Assembly (NCBI RefSeq): GCF_004010195.1 | Contig: NC_057711.1 | Span: forward strand, 80,810,420 to 80,874,419 | Direction: 5' to 3' | DNA: 64,000 nucleotides | Source: Chiloscyllium plagiosum | Lineage: Eukaryota | Shown here: one piece after another, positions 24,791 to 38,200 of the stretch | Layout of the letters: every line of letters begins with the position of its first letter | Position numbering within the stretch: the first letter of the stretch is position 1 | Notes under the pieces: model-generated | The model's input: only the letters and a program-made list of their open reading frames with translations | Database searches by the model: none | What the model was told of the DNA's origin: nothing | Program-made: the position numbers and the translations under genes

Positions 24791-27164
24791 CATGTCGTTT
24801 CCACGTTGTACTAATGCCAGTTCATTTATTAGGATTAGAATTCCCAAAGCTTCTCAAAGGTTTTCTGGCACTCTGCTGATCATACTATCATTGCTTGTTT
24901 CCATAACAAATCTGTTAAGATCCAGCTGTTGTGCTAAAGTTAGACACAAATTTCTGATACAACCTACACATTCCCAGAAATATCATGATTTTCTATTTAA
25001 TTTTAGGAATGGGGAATTCCATCAAAGCTTTCAATACTTATCTCAGGGCACAGGCATGTTTAGGAAAATTAACCCCAATTTTGTGAACTCACTTGGTGCG
25101 ATTTATTACACAGCCAGATAAGTTTAATTACATACAAGTCTTCTAGTTGCTTTACTTTTCGCCCCAAGTGTTAGTGTGTTTTTTTTTAAATTGTTATTTA
25201 TTCATCAGGCATGGATGTTGCTTGCTGGGTCAGCATTTATTGCCCATCCCTAGTTGCCCTTTAGAATGTGCTGCAGTTAATTCAGTGCAAGTGTACCCAC
25301 AGTGCTGTTAGTGAGAAAGTTCCCATTACAATATCATCTAAATAAACTATATAGCTAGGTACTTTAGCTACAACCTAATTCACAAGTCTTTGAAACATAG
25401 CTGGAGATTGTTAGACCCAAATGCATCACTCAAAATTGGTAAAACAAATGGATTATATCAAAGTCTGAAATCTTCTTAGCGTTTGAAGTTATTGATACCT
25501 GTCAGTACCCTTTAAATCGATTAATCTTAGAAAGGAATGAAGCAGTGCCAACCTTATCAATATAACCTTCTCACTGAGGAATTGGGAATTAATTTGATTT
25601 TGTTACTGCATTTACTTTTCTCCAATCTCTTGTACTTAATATCTAGTGAACACATCCAGTTTAGGAACCAATAACAGTGATCTTCATCAAAGGATTTTCC
25701 AGCACATATTGAATCTCTATTTTCATTCAAAAATAATAGAGAAATTTCATCAGTACTGCTTTGTCAACATTCACATCACATCTGGCCAATACAGTATATC
25801 CAGTGTAACTACACAGATTTTCTTGAATTTCATAAGTAACCTTACTGGGTCTTCCTGTTGTCTTTTCTCCATATATGTTATTTAACTGTCCCAGTATTTC
25901 AACATTAAGTAGTCAAATTTTTGGAAGTTTCTATTATGAATGGTTTACCTCTCCTCCAACCTTACTCTTTGTGAATCTGTCATAGTCCTGTACTCTTACC
26001 ACCTGGCATACTTGCTCTTTCTCATCTTTCTCCCTGTGATGAGATCATTTTAACATATTCACCATGACATAACAGATTTTTCTTCCTGCTATCATGAATA
26101 TTTACTAGGTAAGTCATTGGTATAATTCTCCTAATCAATTTGCACGTAGCACTGAATTTCATCTTCAGAGACTAATCTTATTAAAATGTAATAATACTAA
26201 CACTTTTTCTCCTATTTGAAATTCTATATATGCAGGTTTGTCTGCCCATTCTTTCAGTGTGTTTGTGCCTTTTCCAAATGCTCTTGTGCCATTTTAGATG
26301 CTCCTGCCAATCTCTCTAGAAACACACATGTAATCTAACAGTCAGAATTCCTCTTATCGCCTTAAAAAGTCTTCTTAAACAGCTTTAATGGATACAGATC
26401 AATTCTCTCATCTCATGGATACAGATCAATTCAAATGTGCCAAACCCAGAAAATTCATTTGGGGTATCTCTGGTAGCAATGAGTAAGAAATCTAGTCCTT
26501 TGACCTAATCGTGTCGGCATCCATGACAATATACCTTAATCGTGATTTTTGAGACCGGATGGTATCTTTCCAAAGCGCATCATGTTTGTAAATGACAGAC
26601 AGTAGACTTCAACAGTTTTATAACCAAACTTGCTCATTCATTACTTAAAGAATTGAAGGCATAATCTCAGAACTTTGGTATGAGATTACACTGTTAATTG
26701 GAAGTTTAAGTTTGCCAGGTATCAATGCTTGGGTTTTCTATATTCCAATATGCCCTGCATAGGATTTTCACGCGCTACTTGCAGTAACTCTTACAGTATT
26801 TGGGTGGTATCTCTCTCTGATGAGTAAGTGTTGTTTCTTCATACACAGGTATTTGAGGGTGTGTCCATTTCCTCATCAGATTATTAACTTATTTAACTTT
26901 GGATCCATTTTCTATGCTATTAAGCACTTCCTTTGAATTATCCACATTCTTAAAGAAAGTTTTAGCTCCCCTATTTTTGGCATAACTTTGATCTCTATAA
27001 ATGAATGACGGTTAGGGTTGGTTTGGTCACCATGTGATCAAGTAGTACCAAGAACCTATTCCTGTAATTGTTCTGTCACTTTAACCCCATTTGGGCTTTC
27101 ATGATTACAGTTGAACTATCACCAAATCATTACAGATATGAAGTCAACTCCATTCCTAAGTTAT

Positions 27165-27465
27165 TTGATTAGATTAGATTCCCTACAGTGTGGGAACAGG
27201 CCCTGCCCAACAAGTCTGCACCGACCCTCCGAAGAGTAAGCTGCCTCCCTCTGACTAATGCACCTAACACTATGGACAACTTAGCATGGCCAATTCACCC
27301 AAGCTGCACATCTTTGGATTGTAGGAGGAAACCGGAGCACCCAGAGGAAACCCACGCAGACAAAGGGAGAACGTGCAAACTCCACACAGACAGTTGCCTG
27401 AGACTGGAACCGAACCTGGGATCCTGTGAGGCAGCAGTGCTAACCATTAAGCCACTGCACGGCCC
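27165..27465 (-). mobile_element. HE1-type V-SINE nested in the Gypsy remnant
   Basis: Matches 16538-16870 and 52385-52695. Confidence 0.9.
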
Positions 27466-27822
27466 ATAACAACTCCTCCTTTCATTGTTCTGGACAACAA
27501 GCTACACTTCAATTGCATTTTATTTTACAATGGAACGGGGCATCTCTCCACTTAGCCAGTTTATCAAAGCTCCGCCAATGAATGCCATTCTCTGGAAGGA
27601 AAATATATCCCTCTCCAGCGAGAGAGCTTGAGAATCTCTGAATAGAGTTATGGTTTGACTGTATCATTTGAAGAAAAAAGGCCTCTCTCTCCTTCTTTAA
27701 CTCATTCATCTAACTTATTAATCTCTCCTGCACTCATGGTAATACTTACCTCTAACTTTCTGGCTGTAATTAAAGCTACAATTTGATTGATGGTATTTTC
27801 CTCGAGTTTATTATTAGGACTA

Positions 27823-28165
27823 AGGGAAGTGACAACCTAATATTATTGCTGGACAGTTAACCCAGACTGAGGTAACATTCTGGGAACCTGGGTTCAAATC
27901 CTGCCTCAGCAGATGGTGAAATTTGAATTCAATAAAAATCTGAATAAAGAGTCTAATGATAATCATGAATCCATTGTCGATTGTTGGGGAAAACAAAACA
28001 GTTCACTAATGCCCTTGAGGATAGGGAACTGTTATTCTTACCCAGTCTATACTACATGTGACTCCAGAGCCACAGCAATGTAGTTAACTCTTAACTGTTG
28101 TCTGGGGTGGACAATAAATGCTGGCTTAGCCAGCGATGCCCTCATTCCAAGAATGAGTTTAAAAA
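27823..28165 (+). mobile_element. tRNA-derived SINE with an L2-like 3' tail
   Basis: B box GGGTTCAAATCC, body GCAGATGGTGAAATTTGAATTCAATAAAAATCTG, tail CAATAAATGCTGGCTTAGCCAGCGATGCC shared with LINE ends. Related copies at about 6690-6835 (+) and 42985-43280 (-). Confidence 0.7.
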
Positions 28166-29285
28166 GCTCACTAACAACCGCAAAATACCCACAGAATTCC
28201 CACTCAACACCTAGCATTCTATGTGAAGGTGCCTGACAGTATCACAACAGAAATCTTTAGGCATTCAATTTTCACCTCCACTCTCAGCACCTATTCTTCT
28301 GAGCTGAGAGGATTTTGGGCATTCATAGACTTGTCTTTCTTATCCTGGCCACTAGTCTTCATTTCATTCTTGCATCCTTTATCCTTCAAATTTATGACGG
28401 CAACTGAAAAGCAGTTTAGTTTTATGTCAGCCATTTATTTAGTTGCTGCTTATTTAGCAGTTGCAACCCTTAGTCCTCAACGTGTTCTAACTGCAAAAAT
28501 AGGTGAGATTTTAATGTCGGAGAGCTTCAAAATTACTTTGGTTTACCGTTTTAAATTTGATATATGTTCATTCAGCTTTCTTCCTCAGACTTCTAACCTT
28601 TTACTTGTGCACTTCAGGAACCAACTCATACAAACCGAGTTGCCTTTCTACAGTGTCATCGTCCATAGCAATCTTTTCTGACAGTGATGCATAGACTTCA
28701 TGTGCTTTACCTGAAAAATAGCTTTGCACTGGGCACCATCCAGCTTTCCTTTAGCCACTTCATTTCTTTTGCTATTTTCACAAATGACAGGCAGAATGCT
28801 TTGACATCCTGTCCCTCTACTGGACTTTGTATTATGACTAAAGTCTTCATCATTTCAGCCTTTGTAAGAATCTAGCATCTTTTTCGTTCGAATTGTAAGA
28901 TGACATTCATCATTTTCCTCTTATTCCTTTTCTCTCTGAAACTCAGTTTTATATTTTCTCATATAGTTTCCTTTTTCGTTATTTTATTCAAAAGCTTGTT
29001 CCTTTTCTATTTTGAACTGCTTTCTCTTTTTCTCTGCTTTAATAATTGAATCATTTCCATCACAAGTGACTCATCACTTGGTGAATCTAGTCCCTCCTGG
29101 TTTTCCAACAATCCCATAAAATTTGCCAATACTTCAATTATCTCTCCCTTCTGAACTTTGGCAGACAATTCTACTTTGAATTCATTTGCCAATTCCAGCA
29201 GTCTAGCTTTTGTTACTTCCTCTAAATCCATCAGGGATGTCTGTTCCAACAGCAGAATGGTTTTAGCGGTTTCCATCTTATTTTC

Positions 29286-29471
29286 TGATGTGGAGGTGCC
29301 AGTGACGAACTGGGGTGGACAACGTCAGAAGTCACAAGACACCAGATTATAGTCCAACAGGTTTATTTGAACGCAAGCTTTCATAGCACTGCTCCTTCAC
29401 TCGACGAATAAGACTTGAGAATTCAAATAAACGTGCTGGACTATAACCTGGTGTTGTGTAATTTCTGACTT
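29286..29471. mobile_element. Palindromic mini-element related to 14992-15163
   Basis: Inverted arms at 29324-29371 and 29422-29469 surround a partial hammerhead core (reverse complement TGAAGGAGCAGTGCTATGAAAGCTT). CATCTTA occurs at 29274-29280 and 29472-29478. Confidence 0.75.
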
Positions 29472-30393
29472 CATCTTAGATTGAGGAACCTGGTATCTAA
29501 CCTTGTTCAAGCCTCACCATATGCAGCGACTGCACATCCATTCATACATTATCCCCTTGCAAAAGATGCCAGCAGCAAGCCCCAAACGTTTGTTATGACT
29601 TTCCGTAAACTGATCATTGTATCCCACTGTTCCATAAGTCAGCACAAAATATATAAATGTATAGAATCCCAATGAGACCAATGACCAAATTTCCTGACTG
29701 ACTACTATTCAGGACAGAAATAATTCACACCAGGTTTTGACATTAACACTACACACTCATTTGCAAGCTTTCACTAAAGCTCCAAAACGGAAATGGACAC
29801 AACTGCATTGACAGGTCAGGTTTGGAAGTTTTTTTTGTTTGATTTGCTAAAGAACTCCCCAACATATCACAGTCCAACCAGAAAACACTTTTTACTTTTT
29901 TGTTTTCAATTATTTCAAATAAGATTACCCAGGCAATGCTTAGATACAGCTTAAAATGCTTATTTTGTTCATTTTAAATCCATTGCCAGCCATTATCAAA
30001 TTTTTCCTAGTTACCATTTTAAAAAAAGAATATTTTATGTCTGGTTTTTGCAGGGTCATGGCAGATATTATGATTGCTCGTATGCAAAAAGAGAGTGGAA
30101 GGCAGGTACACTTTTCGAAACAGGTACAATTTGGTCCCAAGTCACTGACTGTGCCTGCAACAGAAACTATATCCAATTACATGCAGTGCTCAGTACAAGA
30201 ACAGGTCACAACAGGTAGTTAAATGTGAAGTTGAGAGATTTCCTCATATAAACAATTTAGCTATACAAAGTAATGCATAGTACATGATAGTAACACAGTC
30301 CATTAATGCAGACTGGTGAAAGATTGAGAAGCATCCTAACTAAGTATTTAAATTTTATTGCAATGTATATGACTTCCAAAATACAGCTGAATT

Positions 30394-30428
30394 TCCTGAA
30401 GAAGGGCTTATGCCCGAAACGTCGATTC
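30394..30428 (+). ncRNA. Minimal type I hammerhead ribozyme motif
   Basis: CTGAAGA at 30396-30402, stem II GGGC/GCCC, GAAA at 30416-30419, GTC at 30421-30423. Stem I is only about 2 bp. Confidence 0.65.
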
Positions 30429-30483
30429 TCCTGCTCCTTGGATGCTGCCTGACCTGCTGCGCTTTTTCAGCAACACATTTTCA
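30395..30483 (+). mobile_element. 89-bp hammerhead-only insertion with 12-bp TSD
   Basis: ACAGCTGAATTT is repeated exactly at 30383-30394 and 30484-30495. The insert begins C-CTGAAGA-A-GGGC-TTAT-GCCC-GAAA-C-GTC. Confidence 0.85.
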
Positions 30484-31699
30484 ACAGCTGAATTTAAGGC
30501 AATATCTAAATGATAGGGAACTGTTATGAGTTAATTAATGAGTTAATTAACAAAAAAGCTATACTAGAACATCAAACACCACTCCACAGTAACAGGTTTC
30601 CTTAAACAAGTTAATATAAATTTGCTTCATGCCCAAAATAATTGAGAACTTTAATGCTCGGCTGCAAGCCAGGAAAGAAAATAAACAAAGCAAGTCGATG
30701 TATGCACTATGGTCCACCAAGCATGCTTATTAGCACTTAATTAAAAACTGGACATATGCCATTTAGAACTATGTTCACTACAACCCAAGTAACAACTTTG
30801 TCCTCTTACCAATTACTACTATTGCTCACTACTCAAGTGTTGTGTCCAATTTCTTTGAAAGAAGCAGTGATGCATGTACAGCAAGCTGAACTGACAGCAA
30901 TTAACAACAGGCTTTATAAAAATAGCTAGAACGTGGACATATAACTCCTCAGTACTAGAACTCAGGAAAGAGAATTGAACTTTACATTGCAAACAGCAAG
31001 TGCATCAGGCTGATCTGTCTCCCCAATAGAATTGTGGATAATAGGATTAATTCTGTCCAACCAGCATTCAAGTTTTGAGGGACGCAGAATTAAATATCGG
31101 TTCACACTAATTAGATTTCAAATATTCAAGAGAGCTAGCAAGTTTCTGTTTACATTTCCAAATAGCATAAGATTAGGATGCGTTGAATTTCCTATCACAG
31201 TCTGCCGTAAACAACTGGTTGGAGATTAATAATAAAAAAGACTATTGTTGTTTGTCCTGTGGAAGTATTTAGGAAGTGATTTTGCAACACCAACTCAAAA
31301 TGACAGTTTATTCTCAGTTTTATTTCACACTCAAGGCATTAGAGTTGTTAGATGCCAAGATGGAAATATCTCATAGCTGATGGCAACTCGAGAGTAAGTT
31401 TAATGCAATTTATTTTGTCGAGAGTGATTCAAAGGAACAATTTTTGGAAAAAAAATTCAAATATTAAATTTTGAATTAAATGGGCTTTCAATTCTTTGAG
31501 GAAATTTTTTTTCTCCACCTAATGCACTACAGATTTGGCAATAACTAGGTTGCTCAATAACAATCCTGATTGTCTGAATCCAATTTCTGTGTTATAAATT
31601 GTAAAACTCAAATTATATCTGGTAAATTGTAGCCTGTTTACAGAAAATAGCTATGAAACTACCGAATTGTAGAAGCCATTTTTAAATAAATTAATAGGC

Positions 31700-31990
31700 C
31701 AGCAATTATTGCATGGCTAAAATTGTACTTAAGGTGGAGGTGAGCTGCCTTCTTGAACTAATGCATTTGGTGCAGGTAGACCCACAGTGTTATTAGGGAG
31801 GGAGATCTACGATATTGACCCAGCAACGTTGAAGGAACAGGAATACAGTTCCTCGCTAGGATGATGTATGACTTGAAGGAGAATTTGCAAATGGAGATGT
31901 TCCCATGTATCAGCTGGTCTTGTCCTTCTAAGTCATGCAGGTTGCAAGTTTGGAAGGCTCTGTCTAAGAAGCTTAATTGACTCCTGAAGG
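31700..31990 (-). mobile_element. L2-like LINE 3' fragment
   Basis: Similar to 8430-8760 and 46290-46600. Confidence 0.6.
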
Positions 31991-32199
31991 AGTCACTGAA
32001 AAACAGAGAATCTGCTTTGCTGACTGCAGTACTTGATTTTAGGATAATAAATCAACACTGGCAACTTGTGTTTGGGCAGTTTGCTGCCACAAACTTATTT
32101 TTAACGAGACACACTGATCTTAAATAAAGGTAGAGCTTATGTAGTTTATTGCATTATACAGTCTTCTACTAATCACATTAGTGAAATAAAGATTGCTGC

Positions 32200-35100
32200 T
32201 AACAATACAGGTGGTTATAGGTCTTTACTCAATGAGATACCAAGATGACGACTTTATCTTCAATTAAGCCAGAATGACTAGATTGATTGGAGCTTAATAA
32301 CACTTTCAGAACAATGATCTTTTATTAAAAACTCCACTCCACCTCCACCCTTCTGCCAAGTTTTGTCTCCCTGCAATCCACCATAGTCAACATTTATAAT
32401 TCATTTATATAAATTAAACTCACAAATATCTAAAACATCTGACTACACAATGTCAGGCAGTCTGCAAATGTTGCAAATCTTTCAGAATGTCCTCTTTGGA
32501 CTGAAAACTTGATGGGTCTTTGACTTGAAGAGAGTTGACCTTAGATGTGTTCTTTGTCCTACACTTAAATAGGTAGCCAATTACCTTACATGGAAAGCCC
32601 TTAATGTCCAGAATTAATTTTTCTGCAGAACTCTTCCCTGAACGATCAGGCCATTTCCCCATTACATCATCTGGGGGAACCTTAAAACTCATTATTTCCT
32701 TATGGAATATGGCAGTTCTGTTGAAGTAAGTATTTTCTTTTATACGGTATCCCATTTTTGAGTCAGGCAAATCCTCTATCACTGTGGTAGGTAGTTTTTT
32801 TTCTTGACCATGTCCTAAACCTGTGAATGTTAATCATCCCAACACAGTGTTGACATCCAGGAAGTAACATGCAGCCTGTCTTCCATCTGTGCAGGTAAAT
32901 CTTTAATCCCAAACTGCAGAAATCCCTGTATTGTAATGTGTAAACTCTTCACTTCAACTTGTAAATCAGTTAAACATCTTAATTTGCCCATTGGTTGTCT
33001 TACTGTTGAACCTAACATGTTCACTTCCTCAGTCATGCTCTTTGAAAATAGCTGCTAACCTGGCTCTTCTACTGATAATTCTTCCTTAGAAGGAAAAGAA
33101 TTGAAATATTCTTCTTGAATCAGTGTAGCTTGATCATCTTGCATCAAATTCAAGCCTGCTATTACTCATTGTTCACCAGCTGTGTTGGTTTGTGAAGAAT
33201 TTCGGTTAAAGATTGATTAAGTGAATTGTACTGCTCATTCTGATTTGCAAACTATGCTGTTTTCCTCAGTGATGACAGGACCATTTTCCAATGTTCAATC
33301 TCTGTTGAGATCTCTGGGCACCATACCACTAACTGAACTGGACATACAACTGCCGATCCCTAAAATGTCCTTGGTGCATCCTTTGCAAGATATTTTCCGA
33401 AAGCAAAACGAGGATAACCAGCCATCTAGAATAGCAAATTACCCAGAATTGTGAAATGCTATCAGTGCTTAAAGTCCTCACCCAACTCACTGGATATTTG
33501 GTCTGGCAATCCTTCAACACAATACAAAAAGAGCAGAGAATTCTCAGATTTTGTTCTCAACAAATTTACTTGAGCCTATTTTGGCTTACTGGCCATTAGT
33601 TCTTCTCACCCATATGAAGCATGTTTCTTATGCCTTCCAGCTAATCTCAATAGATTGTCTCTTCTCCTTGGACTTGCCATCAGTCAAGGCAACCCAATGA
33701 AATCTTCTAACCGTTGTTCACCAACTTGCTCTTGGATCTAGTTAGTGTATCTTTGAACAAATTGACACAAGTTACTTTCTTTTGACCTGTTCACTGTCTA
33801 TTGTAACCAGTCAGTCAATCTCTTGTAGTAACATGCAAATGCTGAAGTCAATACATGTGTAAAATTTCTTATCTCTTACATATACATTCTCTACTTATCT
33901 ATTACATACATATCTTATGCCTTTTGTGTTGCAGTGTCGCTTGTAGAATATATTTAATCTCGAGAGCAATTTCATCTCTGTAGGCTCGAACTTCTATTTC
34001 TTCCAATGGTATTACATCTAACAAGATAGTGACACTCAAACATAAAATTAATGAGCTGTCCATTCTCATACGGTTCCATCAAACTCAAGTCGGCTTGATA
34101 ATTAATTTCCTCGAGTAGTGCATTGGGTATCGTCTTGGCACGGTACGAGTCAAATACATTGTTTTTATGTTCTGTCCAATGGATTTAGGGTAGCACGGTG
34201 GCTCAGTGGTTAGCACTGCTGCCTCAGAACACCAGGGACTCTGTTCGATTCCCGTCTCGGGCAACTGTCTATGTGGGGTTTGCACATTCGCCAAGCATCT
34301 GCTTGGGTTTCCTCCGGGTGCTCTTGCTACTTCCCACAATCCAAAGATGTACAGCAGGTCAGGTGAATTGGTCATACTAAATTGCCCATAGTGTTAGGTG
34401 CATTAGTCAGGGCTAGATATAGGGTAGGAAAATGGGTCTGGGTGGGCTACTCTTTGGAGGGTCGGTGTGGACTTGTTGGGCCAAAGGACCTTTTTCCATA
34501 CTGTAGGGAATCTAATCTAACCCCTAATGCTGGTGGCTCCACCACATTAACATTGAAGACTAACTATTCTGAACCACAACCAAAAATATTCCTTTGCCCA
34601 ACAGGAATTTTTATCTTTACTCACCTTCAATATGTGGTCACTGAACCTCTGATCTAGACTGCTCTTCCTAATTCTCACCACCTAACAGATCTGTAATTAG
34701 CAACGGGGTCTAATTTCTTGCTCACACTTGCTTCTACCCTCCTTACCAGGATGAGAAGTAAAAGGCTTTTAATCATTAAGTGCTCTTGTTCCCTTACTAA
34801 TATTTTCAGGATTTTCTCTGAAGCTGTTCAGCAGTTTCTTTGATTGGCTGAGTGAGTAGTTCTTAAAGCTGTAAATTTAAAGTCCTTCTGTGTTAGTCAT
34901 AATTCATTCTCTACACCCAAATCAAATTCCTATCCTCACTGCTGGTAATTATGCCATATTAGTCAATGATGCATACCGCTGATCATTGTGTCATATTTTA
35001 GTTTGCAATACCAACCATTGGTAACATCTGGTTGGGATAGTTCACTGCCATCAACTGAATGTTAACAAGAAGAGGGTCTTGTATTAACAAAGACGTAATT

Positions 35101-35230
35101 TATTATGTAATAACAGTCAGGTACAATTTACAATTTTCAGATAAATATTATCACCAAGATCATGAGACGACCTGTGAATATAGGTCTTTACTCCACGAGA
35201 TCCTAACATGTTCTACCTTTCCCCACCCAA
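32200..35230 (-). mobile_element. Second decayed Gypsy-like pol remnant (RT-like upstream, integrase downstream), interrupted by a SINE
   Basis: CYSRWLVILVLLSENILQRMHQGH (about 33360-33445) resembles the Gypsy integrase Zn-binding region. A weak RT N-terminal-like segment (PMVGIA) lies near 35000. Confidence 0.5.
34188..34520 (+). mobile_element. HE1-type V-SINE, full length
   Basis: GCACGGTGGCTCAGTGGTTAGCACTGCTGCC head, GTTCGATTCC B box, GGGAATCTAATCTAA tail. Confidence 0.9.
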
Positions 35231-38200
35231 GACAATGTGGCATAAGATTGATTAAGGCTTAATGCGGTCTCCACTGTTAACCTTTCCTAAATCATTACCT
35301 TATACAATAATGTCCTTGTGAGGATTTGATCCTTTCATCGCAACCAGAAAATCATATGTCTTTTCAGTGTTACCCATGGGCCCCCAAAAATTAATTTTAA
35401 AACTTTGTCAATCTCAATACAAAAAATCTGAAAACCAACATTTCTATTTTAGTGCTGAATGCCTTTGGAGCGAAATCTTAGAAGGTCATGTTTGCAGGTT
35501 CCTGATAAGCAGAGATGCATTAACTGAACCTGACCATCACATTTAATCAAATTCTTCCATTTTATTGTATATTTTCATATGATTGAGGCTGCATCACCAA
35601 ACAAGAGACTGGAAAGGAGGCAAAGGAGGGAAAAAAAATAAAGAAATGGATTCAACTAGGCACCAGGAGAATGGATAGAATTTACAGCTTAGTATTTAAA
35701 GTACAACTCAAAAACTTACTAATCATTCTAAAGGAGTCAAACAAACTATTTGTGTTTCTTTGAATTAGTGTGTGAACCAACAGCCAAAAAGTAATTCATG
35801 CTAAGTTCCAAAGTATATTGCTTGAAGTAAAGTGATTTTAGAACTTTAGTTACAGTGAACAGGAGAGAAATTATTGCATGCTGGATTTGAACAAGACCAC
35901 AATTATTCAAAGTTTGCTACTTTGGAAGGTTTCAAATGCAATCAAGACAGCGTTTACACCAAAGGCATGATTTCACATGTGCAGATAGATCACCTTGGCC
36001 TTAATTTCTGGTGGTTCCTATCACCTGTATTGGAAACACACTCAGTTTAAGAATATGCTTTCTTGATCAGCAAACTATTCATAACAAGTAAAGCACAATA
36101 AATCCTTTATTTAAGTAGCATTCTATCAATTCTAATTTTGGAAACGGGAATAATTATTTTCACTTTTAAGTCAAAAATTACAATTTGAAATATGATTAGA
36201 ATAGGACATACAAAATCTTGACTTCCGAGGTTACGGCTGTCAAACTTTTACAGGTCGTGAACCTCTTCACAGCAGTTACAATGACTCACCATTAAACATC
36301 ATCTATCCTCTTAAACACTATCCTCTTAAACGCATTTCAAGCAGTCTAGTTGGTAACCCTATTAAACAAGTCAAATTTATTTCATCTTGCATTGAAACCG
36401 GAGTAAGTCAAAAACTACAATCAATTGAACTTCAATTTACCTTTGTCCTTTCTTTTGCTTCATCCCTTCCCATAGACCATGCCCCTGCATCATTAAGCAT
36501 TGTTGGGAGGATACTTAAAGCCACTTTTCATTATTTTTATATATAAACATGTAAATGTCACGACAGCCACTTAGCTCAGTCTGATTATTAATAGATCATG
36601 AAATTGACCAATTACTACAGAATGCACCTTCAAGAAGTTAACTCTGTTCACTGAATCTCATCATAATACAGACAGTGGATGCTAATACAAGTGAGGGAAA
36701 TAGGTCAATGGTTGGGTGGAAGGCAGATAAAAATGATCCAACACCTCTTGATTCTCTAGTCAAATCTAATTGTATGAAATCTTTTCTTCATGAAGTACCA
36801 GATACCTAATTGTACATATCAATGCTAGCTAAATTCTATTAACATTTTTATAGATTTGTCTGCACAATGAGAGGAAGAAAATGGACACATCATGAGCATT
36901 GCTAATCAAGGTGATTACCATTAATAGCAACCAACAAAATGTACACTTTGCGAAGAGGGATAAATGAAATCAGTCTAAAACGAAACATAATGCAGGAACT
37001 TAGATTCTCTGCTAATCTACAAAACACTTAGGTCTTTCCTAGAAATGAACCTCACTAGGACTTTTCTTTTTCAGTTATTCTTAATATAATTAAGAGTGTT
37101 TTTTAGTGGATAATCCTCATTGTCCTTTACACTAGGTCATGTCCCTTTGTGATGCAGGCAGCTGCCATAAAATGGATCAGCATTTATTTGCACTGCAGCT
37201 GCTGCTATTACAAATAGATAGACTTCTGCTGTCTGTTTCCCCTTAGGAGACAGGTTGACACATTGCATGTTCAGTGACAGAGCAAAAAGGTCCTGAGATT
37301 TGTCAACCCAATTTTATGCTGTTCTGGTTTGTCAGGGTGCACCAGTTCCTCTTTAAGCAAAAATGATGCACAAGTTAGGGCACAAATTGAATTGCAGCAC
37401 ACAGAATAATTATAAAAATAGCCATTTAATTTTTGACAGAACACAAACGACAGAATGGAACAGATTAAGCTATATTGCTTAGTTAGGGGACAATATCAGA
37501 AATTGTTTGGAAATTATTGATTTAGTTTAGCAAGCAATGTCACTTTTCTAACTTAAGACCAAACCCAGAGAGGTCTGCATGAATTGGCTTTTCCAAAATT
37601 TGGCACAACACTAAAATGAGTAAATTACTAAGTACATTATGAGTGAGCACAAGCAACATTTTAAAAAAAAAATACTCTTGCCAATTTATACAATTTTGAA
37701 GTTACACTGTGTCCATTTTTAATTTTTAAAATACGACGAGGTAAAGTGATTCATAGAACATCAGTTTCTTTAATGATTTGTATACCATGAAAACAGGAAA
37801 GAAACATTAGCGAGATTTTCCCGCTTCTGTACCAGTGCACATTAACAGTAAAATCCAGCAGAATGGTGCATATGCTCTTAACTTGATTGTCAGGCATGAA
37901 AGTTATGAATAAACAGTGACGTCCAATGACAAAGTATTAGGAAAATCAAAGCCAGCATCTCTGGTCCCCATTAGAAACTTCATGAGCTGGTTACCAACTA
38001 CTTCCTCTCCATGGTTACCTCAGGCATAACCACACAGTTTGCAAACAAAATCCTGTTAGATCCAAACAGAGCTTCCTAGCTCATAAGCTTTCCATACAAA
38101 GTATGTTATTCCACCTCTAAACCTCAGCTCATTCAAAACTCCCCTGTCCATTTCTTTAAGAGCATGATATTGCTTAGAAATCATAGGACACAAATATAAA

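Larger units (their letters stand above)
24790..29280 (-). mobile_element. Decayed Gypsy/Ty3 LTR retrotransposon internal region, Gmr1-like (gag/SCAN-like, then integrase, then RT)
   Basis: Gag start KARLLELANEFKVEL (29007-29276); KIAKEMKW, GKAHEVYASLSE and YELVPE (about 28590-28810); integrase Zn-finger ELLQVARENPM-GHIGI*KTQA (about 26725-26800); RT WRKVNAVTKS..FPIP..IDKVGTASFLSKI..FKGY*QV (about 25470-25630); EFPIPK..IMIFLGMC..YQKFVSNFS (about 24930-25025). Confidence 0.8.
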
